64,000 bases of DNA from NCBI GenBank assembly GCA_001780725.1, contig MFIM01000001.1, positions 83,642 to 147,641 of the forward strand, written 5' to 3'. Source of the stretch: Candidatus Giovannonibacteria bacterium RIFCSPLOWO2_02_FULL_45_28. Its GTDB lineage: Bacteria; Patescibacteriota; Minisyncoccia; UBA11713; 2-01-FULL-45-33. The position numbers were made by a program, and so were the translations under genes. The stretch's first letter is position 1, and each line of letters opens with the position of its first letter. Below, one piece after another: positions 56,821 through 64,000 of this stretch. The notes beneath the pieces were generated by a model, which saw only the letters and a list, made by a program, of their open reading frames with translations, searched no databases and was not told where the DNA came from.

Positions 56821-58470
56821 ATGGACGACACTCTTTCAGAGCTTAGGAAAAAGGAGGAGGAGGACTTGGCGCGCGTGCTTGCCACGCGCCACGGCATTCC
56901 GTATTTGGATCTCTCGCGCATTACTATAGATCTGGACGCGCTGAAACTGATACCGGAAAATGACGCGCGAGCCAACGGAATCGCGGTTATCCAAGGCATC
57001 GGCAAAAAACTGCAAATAGTCGTGACAAATCCAGAGCGTCCGGGTGTAAAAGAAATTTTAGACAGCCTCCAGAGAAAAAAATATGAAATCCAGCTTTTTA
57101 TGGTTTCGCCTTCGGGCACAGAAAGGGTCTTTTTGAAATACAAAGAAATTCCAAGGTTTGAGGAGATAAAGGCGGGAATTGTTGATGTCTCCCCGGAAAA
57201 ATTAAGCGCCCTTGAAACGTCCGCCGGTTCTTTCAAAAAATTCAAAGAGGCTCTTGTGGCAATGTCGCGCGAAAAAGAATCAAAAAAGGCTTCGGATGCG
57301 CTTGAGCTCATATTGGCTGGCGCGTTGGGCGCGGAGGCATCGGATATTCACATGGAACCCGCGGAAACGGAAACGAAAATCAGGCTAAGAATAGACGGCG
57401 TACTGCAAAACGTGACAGACATACCAATGCAATTGTTCCAACTTCTGCTCGCGCGCATTAAGCTGATTTCGGAATTGAAATTAAATGTGCACGACAAAGC
57501 CCAAGACGGCAGATTTACCATAAAAACGGAGAAGGAAAACACAGAAGTCAGGACTTCCGTGCTTCCGGGCCCATTCGGAGAATCCATAGTTTTGAGATTG
57601 CTTTTGCCAAAAACCATAAATATTACTTTTGATAAGTTGGGTATGCAGCCTCCGGTTTATAAAATAATGCAAAATGAACTCAAAAAACCCAATGGCATGA
57701 TTTTGACAACCGGCCCAACCGGCTCAGGAAAAACCACGACGCTCTACGCTTTTTTAAAAACCGTTTCTTCTCCGGAAGTTAAAGTAATCACCATTGAAGA
57801 TCCGATTGAATACCATCTGCCGCACATTACTCAAACGCAGATTGATCCGCCCAAAGGATATGATTTTTCAAACGGCCTCCGGTCAATCTTGCGCCAAGAC
57901 CCGGACATAATATTGGTCGGGGAAATCAGGGACCTTGAAACTGCGGGAATCGCAATGCACGCCGCGCTTACGGGGCATCTTGTCTTTTCCACGCTTCATA
58001 CCAACGATGCCGCCGGCACAATCCCGCGGCTTATAGATTTAGGGGTTAAGACCAACATTATATCGCCGGCGCTCAATGTGGTAATAGCGCAAAGACTGGT
58101 AAGGCTTCTTTGTAAAGAATGTAAAAGGGAAGTTAAGCCGAACGACCAGGAAAAGAAAATGATTGAGAAAGAAATAAAAAATCTGCCGCAAACCTATAAA
58201 AAACCGCCGCTTAAAGATTTCAAAATTTGGGAAGCAATCGGCTGCGAAGCGTGTAATATGACCGGATTTAGGGGGAGAATCGGCATTTTTGAAGCATTTT
58301 TGATTGATAACGAAATGGAGCGCATGATTATTAAAAATCCCCCGAAAGCCGATATAGAGGAGGCAGCCGGCCACCAAGGCATGGCTACAATGTATCAAGA
58401 CGGTGTTTTGAAAGTTTTGGCTGGAGCGACGTCCTTTGAAGAATTAAATAGAGTAGTAGCATCCCGCTAA
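56821..58470 (+). CDS. Type IV pilus/T2SS assembly ATPase (PilB/GspE family)
   Basis: ASDIH, GPTGSGKTTT, TIEDPIEY, LRQDPD, GHLVFSTLHTN, two CxxC. Confidence 0.93.
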   Translation: MDDTLSELRKKEEEDLARVLATRHGIPYLDLSRITIDLDALKLIPENDARANGIAVIQGIGKKLQIVVTNPERPGVKEILDSLQRKKYEIQLFMVSPSGTERVFLKYKEIPRFEEIKAGIVDVSPEKLSALETSAGSFKKFKEALVAMSREKESKKASDALELILAGALGAEASDIHMEPAETETKIRLRIDGVLQNVTDIPMQLFQLLLARIKLISELKLNVHDKAQDGRFTIKTEKENTEVRTSVLPGPFGESIVLRLLLPKTINITFDKLGMQPPVYKIMQNELKKPNGMILTTGPTGSGKTTTLYAFLKTVSSPEVKVITIEDPIEYHLPHITQTQIDPPKGYDFSNGLRSILRQDPDIILVGEIRDLETAGIAMHAALTGHLVFSTLHTNDAAGTIPRLIDLGVKTNIISPALNVVIAQRLVRLLCKECKREVKPNDQEKKMIEKEIKNLPQTYKKPPLKDFKIWEAIGCEACNMTGFRGRIGIFEAFLIDNEMERMIIKNPPKADIEEAAGHQGMATMYQDGVLKVLAGATSFEELNRVVASR

Positions 58471-58479
58471 GCGGGATGA

Positions 58480-58650
58480 ATCGAGAGAATAGTCTCTAGG
58501 CAATTGCTCTTCCATGGGTAGATAGAGCTTAGATTTTCTCCGAGGAATGAACTCGCCTCGATATAAACCTGAGCCAATCCATCCTAAGTCTAAGAGACAA
58601 ATCCGCTATCCCGATTGTGGGGATAATTGCCTAGAGGCTATTCTTCCGAT
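58480..58650 (+). ncRNA. Candidate structured RNA (long rod-like fold)
   Basis: 58487-58506 pairs with 58624-58643; G-U pairs favour the plus strand; inner stems present. Confidence 0.45.
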
Positions 58651-58680
58651 CTTGTCTTATTATATCAAATAAAAAAACTT

Positions 58681-59712
58681 ATGTCAAGTCCAGAACAGGA
58701 CCAATCCTTAAGAGGTAAAAAAAGAAGCGAAGATATGTCGCTGGATTTGGCATTGCGCCCGAAATCGTTTGACGAATATGTGGGTCAGGAAAAAGTCAAA
58801 AATAACCTTAAAATCCTTATTGAGGCCGCCAAAAGAAGAAAAGAACCTCTGGAACACCTGCTTTTTTACGGGCCGGCCGGGTTGGGTAAAACCACGCTCG
58901 CGCATCTTGTGGCCAGAGAAACGGCGAGCCAAATTAAAATCACTTCCGGGCCGGCGATAGAAAAAGTCGGGGACCTGGCTTCCATTTTGACCAACCTCTC
59001 GCCAAAAGATATTTTGTTCATAGATGAGGCGCACCGCTTGAACAAACTAATAGAGGAAATTTTATATCCTGCGATGGAAAATCGGTCCTTGGATATTATA
59101 ATAGGAAAAGGCCCGTCTGCCCGCACCATCCAACTGGAACTCCCGCCGTTCACTTTGGTTGCGGCAACCACCAGGATCGCGCTTCTTTCTTCGCCGCTCC
59201 GCTCCCGCTTTTCGGGGGGATCTTTTAGATTGGACTTTTATAATCAAGACGATATTGAGCGCATCATAAAACGGAGCGCCGGCATTTTACATACCAAAAT
59301 TGAACCGGGAGCAATCCCGCTGATCGCTTCCCGTTCCAGGTTTACCCCGCGGATAGCAAACCGCCTTTTGAAACGCGCGCGCGACTACTCCGAAGTAAAA
59401 GGCCAGGGAATCATTACCTCGGCCCTCGCCGAAGAAGCTCTGAAACTTTTAGAAATAGACAAGTTGGGGCTTGAATCATTGGACAGAAAAATTTTAGATA
59501 CCATTATTCAAAAATTCGCTGGCGGACCGGTTGGTCTCGGCACGGTCGCCGCTTCCGTTATGGAAGAGGAGGACACAATTGAAGAAGTATATGAACCTTA
59601 TTTAATGCAGCTCGGCTTTTTAGAGCGCACCCCCCGCGGGCGCTGCGCCACCGCAAGGGCATACGAACATCTAGGGCTTAATCCGCCGCAGAATCAGCGA
59701 AAGCTAATTTAG
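58681..59712 (+). CDS. ruvB: Holliday junction helicase RuvB
   Basis: [38 protein letters not shown]. Confidence 0.97.
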   Translation: MSSPEQDQSLRGKKRSEDMSLDLALRPKSFDEYVGQEKVKNNLKILIEAAKRRKEPLEHLLFYGPAGLGKTTLAHLVARETASQIKITSGPAIEKVGDLASILTNLSPKDILFIDEAHRLNKLIEEILYPAMENRSLDIIIGKGPSARTIQLELPPFTLVAATTRIALLSSPLRSRFSGGSFRLDFYNQDDIERIIKRSAGILHTKIEPGAIPLIASRSRFTPRIANRLLKRARDYSEVKGQGIITSALAEEALKLLEIDKLGLESLDRKILDTIIQKFAGGPVGLGTVAASVMEEEDTIEEVYEPYLMQLGFLERTPRGRCATARAYEHLGLNPPQNQRKLI

Positions 59713-59752
59713 TGCGGTTGATTTAACCGTTGCGCCGTGTTAAATTAAATAT

Positions 59753-60025
59753 ATGAACACTATTACTGCTCCGCGCGCGATCAAAAAAGGAGAGGAATTT
59801 GTTATCATACCACGCAAAGAATACGAGGAATTTTTACGTGCGCACAAAATGAACGGAAAGAAATATGAAAACATAGTTGTAAAACATACAATAAAAGTGC
59901 CGAAAAGGCATAAGAAATTTTATGAAGAATTGGATAAGGAACTAACCGAATCTCTAAGAGAATATTACGCAGGAAAATCATATGGACCATTCGATTCTAT
60001 TAATAAATTAAAAATGGCCGCTTAG
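59753..60025 (+). CDS. Antitoxin-like small protein without adjacent toxin
   Basis: MNTIT..FVIIPRKEYEEF resembles the 27958-28167 ORF. Confidence 0.5.
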   Translation: MNTITAPRAIKKGEEFVIIPRKEYEEFLRAHKMNGKKYENIVVKHTIKVPKRHKKFYEELDKELTESLREYYAGKSYGPFDSINKLKMAA

Positions 60026-60046
60026 ACGTCGGACGTCTAAGTGGCC
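60016..60046. repeat. Palindrome with GTC-G-GAC core
   Basis: ggccgcttagacgtc-g-gacgtctaagtggcc. Confidence 0.85.
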
Positions 60047-60099
60047 GAAAAACGATAACCAGCTTTGTGCCGTTGCTTACAACTTGCGGCGCCCCGGCT

Positions 60100-60381
60100 T
60101 CAGTCGTCAAAGGTGCACTGATCGTCCGGGCCATTTTTCAGACGAACCGGATTGTGGATACTCCAGCCGAGGAAGTAGACCGGAAAGACGATGGTTCCTG
60201 ACAAAAGGATGCTCCAAATGACGTTCCCCGCCGAAACCTCGTAGCAAACGTTCTTGCTCTTGCTTGAGCTTTCGTTAAAAAGCCCATAAGTTGGGTAGTA
60301 CGTCTGCCCGATATACTGCGGCTTGCCACAACCTACAAGCAGGACACCCAACACAATAATCAGCGCTATTGATTTCCTCAT
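60100..60381 (-). CDS. Small lipoprotein
   Basis: LVGC lipobox and an internal TM segment. Confidence 0.6.
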   Translation of the reverse strand: MRKSIALIIVLGVLLVGCGKPQYIGQTYYPTYGLFNESSSKSKNVCYEVSAGNVIWSILLSGTIVFPVYFLGWSIHNPVRLKNGPDDQCTFDD

Positions 60382-60479
60382 TTTACCCCACTTTGTTCGC
60401 TATTTCTGGTTTCTATTATACTCCTCCTATAAAAATTGTCAAGGGCGATGGCGAGCGCGTGAACTGCTATCATAAACTC

Positions 60480-60680
60480 ATGAGTTTCGTTTTGGCGCTG
60501 GTTTTGTATGTCCTCTTTTTGGCGGTTTATTGGTTTTTTGTGCTGTCAATTTTGTGGCACGTCAAGGAATATTCTATGCCGCAAGATTCCTCAAAATGGA
60601 TTATTTTGGCTTTTATTGGCGTAATCATCTTTTTAAATATTACTTCGCTGGCATTATTTTTTAGCCTTCCTCTGCCGTGA
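60480..60680 (+). CDS. Small 2-TM protein
   Basis: Start MSFVLAL; coupled to the next gene. Confidence 0.55.
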   Translation: MSFVLALVLYVLFLAVYWFFVLSILWHVKEYSMPQDSSKWIILAFIGVIIFLNITSLALFFSLPLP

Positions 60681-61180
60681 TCCACCTGTCCCAAAACGAG
60701 AAAATCCTGATGGTTTTGCACCGGCATTGGATAGCCATCGTCTGGAAATTTTTACTTGGCATTATTCTCTTGGTTTTACCGATTCTGGTTGCGCCCTATT
60801 TCCCAGCGGCCGAATCCGCAACCGGAGTTTCTCAAATAATGTTTTGGTTTTTTATTTTAATTTACCTGATGATAGTAGTAGTTATAATTTTTCTTTTTTG
60901 GATAGATTATTATTTGGATATTTGGATTATCACATCCGAAAGAATTGTTGATGTGGAGCAGAGGGGGCTGTTTAACAGAGAGGTTTCGGAGTTTATGCTA
61001 GACAAGGTTCAAGATATAACATTAGAAGTGCCGAACATGATGGCGACATTTTTAAGATACGGGAATCTTAAAATTCAAACTGCCGGAGAAAGGGAATTTT
61101 CTATAATGCAAATCCCGAATCTCTACGAAGCAAAAAATCTGATAATGGATTACGCCAAAAAACAAAATGTCGGGGCATAA
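60677..61180 (+). CDS. Membrane protein with bacterial PH domain
   Basis: RHW, ITSERIVDVEQRGLF, YGNLKIQTAG. Confidence 0.78.
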   Translation: MIHLSQNEKILMVLHRHWIAIVWKFLLGIILLVLPILVAPYFPAAESATGVSQIMFWFFILIYLMIVVVIIFLFWIDYYLDIWIITSERIVDVEQRGLFNREVSEFMLDKVQDITLEVPNMMATFLRYGNLKIQTAGEREFSIMQIPNLYEAKNLIMDYAKKQNVGA

Positions 61181-61706
61181 TAAGTGGGCGCAAATAAAAT
61201 ATAAAAAGGGCGCGACTGACGCCAAGCGCGGCAAAATTTTTTCCAAGCTTTCGCGTGTTATCACTCTGGCCACCAAAGAATTGGGGACCGACCCAAAGAT
61301 AAATTCAAAATTGGCCACGGCAACGGAAGAGGCAAAAAAAGCCAATATGCCAGCTGACAACATTGAACGCGCAATAAAAAAAGCGTCCGCTAAAGAAAGC
61401 GCGGAGTTAAAAGAAGTTGTCTACGAAGCTTACGGACCCGGCGGGTCTGCTTTGGTTATAACCGCAGTGACCGACAATTCCAACCGAACAACAAATGAAA
61501 TCAAGCATCTTCTTTCCGAACACGGCGCAAAACTCGGCGAGCAAGGTTCCGCAATGTGGGCATTTCAAAAATCCGGAAAAGACTTTGTCGCCAAATTTCC
61601 GACAACTCTTTCGGAAAACGACTCCAAAAAATTTGATGCGCTCCTCTCCGCGCTAGACGACCACGACGACGTGCAGGAGGTTTATTCTAACGCCGAAATA
61701 AAATGA
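61167..61706 (+). CDS. yebC: YebC/PmpR-family protein, short form
   Basis: MSGHNKWAQIK, YEAYGPGG, DDVQEVYSN. Confidence 0.93.
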   Translation: MSGHNKWAQIKYKKGATDAKRGKIFSKLSRVITLATKELGTDPKINSKLATATEEAKKANMPADNIERAIKKASAKESAELKEVVYEAYGPGGSALVITAVTDNSNRTTNEIKHLLSEHGAKLGEQGSAMWAFQKSGKDFVAKFPTTLSENDSKKFDALLSALDDHDDVQEVYSNAEIK

Positions 61707-62179
61707 AAATCCTAGGAATTGATCCCGGTATAGAGCGTTTGGGATGGGGAATTGTTGAAAAAAACGGCAGTCAACTGGCAAGAATCCGCTCCGGAGTCAA
61801 AAAAACGTCTAAAAACCAGAAAGAGGATGAGAGGCTTTGGGAGATTTTTGTGTTTTTGGACAAATTAATAAAAAAGGAAAAGCCCAATGCGGTGTCCACC
61901 GAAAAATTATTCTTTGCAAAGAATGTTAAAACCGCCCTTGTCATCGGGGAGGTCCGTGGCATAATTCTAGCTATCGCCAGGAAACACCACCTCCCCATAA
62001 AAGAGTTTGCTCCTTTGGGAATGAAAATGGCCATCTGTGGATATGGCAGAGCAGACAAACGGGCTGTTGCTAATATGGTAAAATTAATGCTTAATTTGCC
62101 TCAAAAAGAGCTTTTGGATGACGAAACCGATGCTCTGGCCTTAGCCATAGCCGGAACATCTTATCCCTCTTTTCCATAA
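61703..62179 (+). CDS. ruvC: Holliday junction resolvase RuvC
   Basis: ILGIDPG, EKLFF, GRADK, DETDALALA. Confidence 0.93.
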   Translation: MKILGIDPGIERLGWGIVEKNGSQLARIRSGVKKTSKNQKEDERLWEIFVFLDKLIKKEKPNAVSTEKLFFAKNVKTALVIGEVRGIILAIARKHHLPIKEFAPLGMKMAICGYGRADKRAVANMVKLMLNLPQKELLDDETDALALAIAGTSYPSFP

Positions 62180-62180
62180 C

Positions 62181-62189
62181 TTATCCACA
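62181..62189 (+). promoter_or_regulatory. DnaA box TTATCCACA
   Basis: Perfect consensus, intergenic. Confidence 0.45.
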
Positions 62190-62234
62190 CCTTACATTTG
62201 CAAGCGAAAATAAACTCTTTTAGACTTTGAAATC

Positions 62235-62390
62235 ATGGTTAATTTAGATGATAATAAAAAGCCCGATTCCGGGCTTGGCGACGACGACTCGGCCGCCAAA
62301 GACGATGCCGAGTCTGGCGCCGGCGAGGAAGATGAGGAAGACTCCGAAGATTTGGATTCTTGGGAGCTAGAGGAAGATTTAGAAGAGTAA
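62235..62390 (+). CDS. Highly acidic micro-protein, 51 aa
   Basis: Manual translation MVNLDDNKKPDSGLGDDD...EEDLEE; TTGCAA and TAGACT upstream. Confidence 0.45.
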   Translation: MVNLDDNKKPDSGLGDDDSAAKDDAESGAGEEDEEDSEDLDSWELEEDLEE

Positions 62391-63557
62391 AATCTTAATA
62401 AATCTATATTTTCCGATTTTAGCCGTTCCGCTTTCTGTAATTTGGTCGCTGGCTTTTAATATTTTTCTGTTTTCAAAATCTACCCCTCCGCCCCCCATTA
62501 ATCTCTTCGCGTCAGATTTTGATTTTACAAAACTTTCCCTCACTAAAAAATCCGCCCACTCTTCGCCGGAACGGACGCGGCAAGTTTTTAAATTTTCTGG
62601 CACCTCTTTTTTAGAAAAAGTTTTTTCAAAATCTGTGGACGTTTTTTCAGCGGTTTTTTCTCCGTGATAAATTTTTACGATTTCGTATGCTAACCTTTTT
62701 TTAGCATCAAGCGGTTTTTGTTTTTGTATGTTGGCGATCTCTGGCAAAGAAAGTTTGGTGTAGACTTCTAAGTATCGGTTTATTAAACCGTCCGGAATGG
62801 TCATTATTTTTCCAAATTTATTTTCCGGAGTATCCAGTATCGCCACGAAATTTCCTAGTGATTTAGACATTTTTTCTTTGCCATCCAATCCCGGAGTAAT
62901 TGATGTGGCAAGAATCACTTGAGGTTCTTGCCCAAAAATTTCTTGATATCGCCTTCCCAAAAGTTCGTTGAACAGCTGGTCGGTGCCTATTATTGTCAAA
63001 TCCGATTTAGTCATTACAGAGTCATAAGCCTGCAAAACCGGATAAATTATTTCGTGTTCATAAATTTCCTCGTTGTTTTTAATTCTGCCTTGAAACATGT
63101 CGCGCTCTATAAGACGGGCGTGGGTAACTTTTCTAAGCAATGCGATAAAATCGGCAAGCTTCATTTTGTCGTACCACTCGGAATTTTTGCGCACTTCCAA
63201 AAGATTTGGTTTATTGATAAGAATTTTTGTGGCTTGTTTTAAAAACTGTTTTGAATTTTCTTTAATAGTCTCCGGCGAAATCTCCGGCCTGATTTTGGAT
63301 TTGCCTGTGGGATCGCCTATTTGGGTCGTTAAATCGCCGATTAAAAATACCACCTTATGCCCCAGCTCTTGAAATTCGCGCATTTTCCAGTAATTTACGG
63401 CGTGGCCTATATGTAAAAGTGGGTTGGTAACATCCACTCCGTGTTTAATGCGCAGTTGTCTTCCAGAGCGAAGCTTTTTCCAAAACTCCGCTTCAGTAAC
63501 AATTCGTTCCACATTCCGCCCTAAAGTTCTTTTGATTTGTTCTTCGTCAACTTTCAT
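62379..63557 (-). CDS. tyrS: Tyrosine--tRNA ligase
   Basis: HIGH, IGDPTGK, YPVLQAYD, GTDQ, KMSKS, C-terminal S4-like domain. Confidence 0.95.
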   Translation of the reverse strand: MKVDEEQIKRTLGRNVERIVTEAEFWKKLRSGRQLRIKHGVDVTNPLLHIGHAVNYWKMREFQELGHKVVFLIGDLTTQIGDPTGKSKIRPEISPETIKENSKQFLKQATKILINKPNLLEVRKNSEWYDKMKLADFIALLRKVTHARLIERDMFQGRIKNNEEIYEHEIIYPVLQAYDSVMTKSDLTIIGTDQLFNELLGRRYQEIFGQEPQVILATSITPGLDGKEKMSKSLGNFVAILDTPENKFGKIMTIPDGLINRYLEVYTKLSLPEIANIQKQKPLDAKKRLAYEIVKIYHGEKTAEKTSTDFEKTFSKKEVPENLKTCRVRSGEEWADFLVRESFVKSKSDAKRLMGGGGVDFENRKILKASDQITESGTAKIGKYRFIKILLF

Positions 63558-63603
63558 GATTAAACACTATCATAAATTTAAAAAATCCTCTATAATAAGC
63601 GGG

Positions 63604-64000
63604 ATGAGGCGGCTTTTGGTAAAAATTGCTCTTGCCGGGACGCTTTTTGCGGCGGCCTTGGTTTTTTTTGTTGCTTCCGTAAACGCCCCCGACCTGAATA
63701 ATTTTAATGAACGCAAGGTTGCGCAATCAACGAAAATTTACGACCGCACCGGACAAATTCTTCTTTACGATGTGCACGGGAACGAAAAACGAACAGTGGT
63801 GCCGTTCGCGGAAATACCAAGGTATGTAAAAAATGCGACAATCGCGCTTGAGGATGATAATTTTTACAGCCATTATGGTTTTCGGCCGATGTCTTTTTTA
63901 AGAGCGATTATTACAAACCTCTTAAAGAGAAGCTTTGAACAGGGCGGTTCCACTATTACCCAGCAGGTTGTAAAAAACACCCTGCTCACACCGGAAAAAA
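63604..64000 (+). CDS. Class A penicillin-binding protein (GT51 domain), partial
   Basis: Manual translation: STKIYDRTG, EDDNFYSH, QGGSTITQQVVKN. Confidence 0.9.
   Translation, partial: MRRLLVKIALAGTLFAAALVFFVASVNAPDLNNFNERKVAQSTKIYDRTGQILLYDVHGNEKRTVVPFAEIPRYVKNATIALEDDNFYSHYGFRPMSFLRAIITNLLKRSFEQGGSTITQQVVKNTLLTPEK

Noticed and set aside
58627-58680. TTG-started N-terminal extension of RuvB
   Set aside because: Falls within the structured element and has no RuvB similarity; ATG 58681 or 58735 is more plausible.
1-64000. Alternative genetic code (UGA as Gly or Trp) or a prophage
   Set aside because: Conserved genes such as galT, rplN and rpsL end at TGA normally; no capsid, terminase or integrase ORFs were recognised.

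Overview
Bacterial chromosome segment using the standard genetic code. It is most likely Patescibacteria/CPR (Parcubacteria-like): rpmD/L30 is missing from the spc operon, genes are compact and mostly lack Shine-Dalgarno sites. It carries the str-S10-spc ribosomal cluster (rpsL to map, minus strand), tRNA-Pro(GGG), tRNA-Arg(CCG) and housekeeping genes (murE, ruvABC, uvrB, holA, tsaE, a PilB/GspE ATPase, tyrS, partial PBP1A). Three layers of unusual structure stand out. (1) A diversity-generating retroelement between fusA and tuf: a 122-bp template/variable repeat pair with 11 of 12 mismatches at template adenines, an antisense and 5'-truncated avd, and no reverse transcriptase in the window. 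(2) Four integrase-free cargo islands bounded by direct repeats that copy the 3' end of a protein-coding gene (map, rpsE, rplC, a membrane-protein gene). Cargo includes micro-peptides, a DUF433/DUF5615 TA pair, an ArsR-merA mercury island and a methyltransferase. (3) Several families of short palindromic or heptamer elements sitting in frame inside conserved genes (murE, uvrB, holA, tsaE, map, rplD, rpmB, rplW), with relatives in intergenic DNA. Also present: a ~170-nt structured RNA candidate before ruvB, a sensing cluster of binding proteins with no transporter, and a homopolymer-frameshifted Na+/Ca2+ antiporter. All calls come from reading the sequence; no database searches were run.
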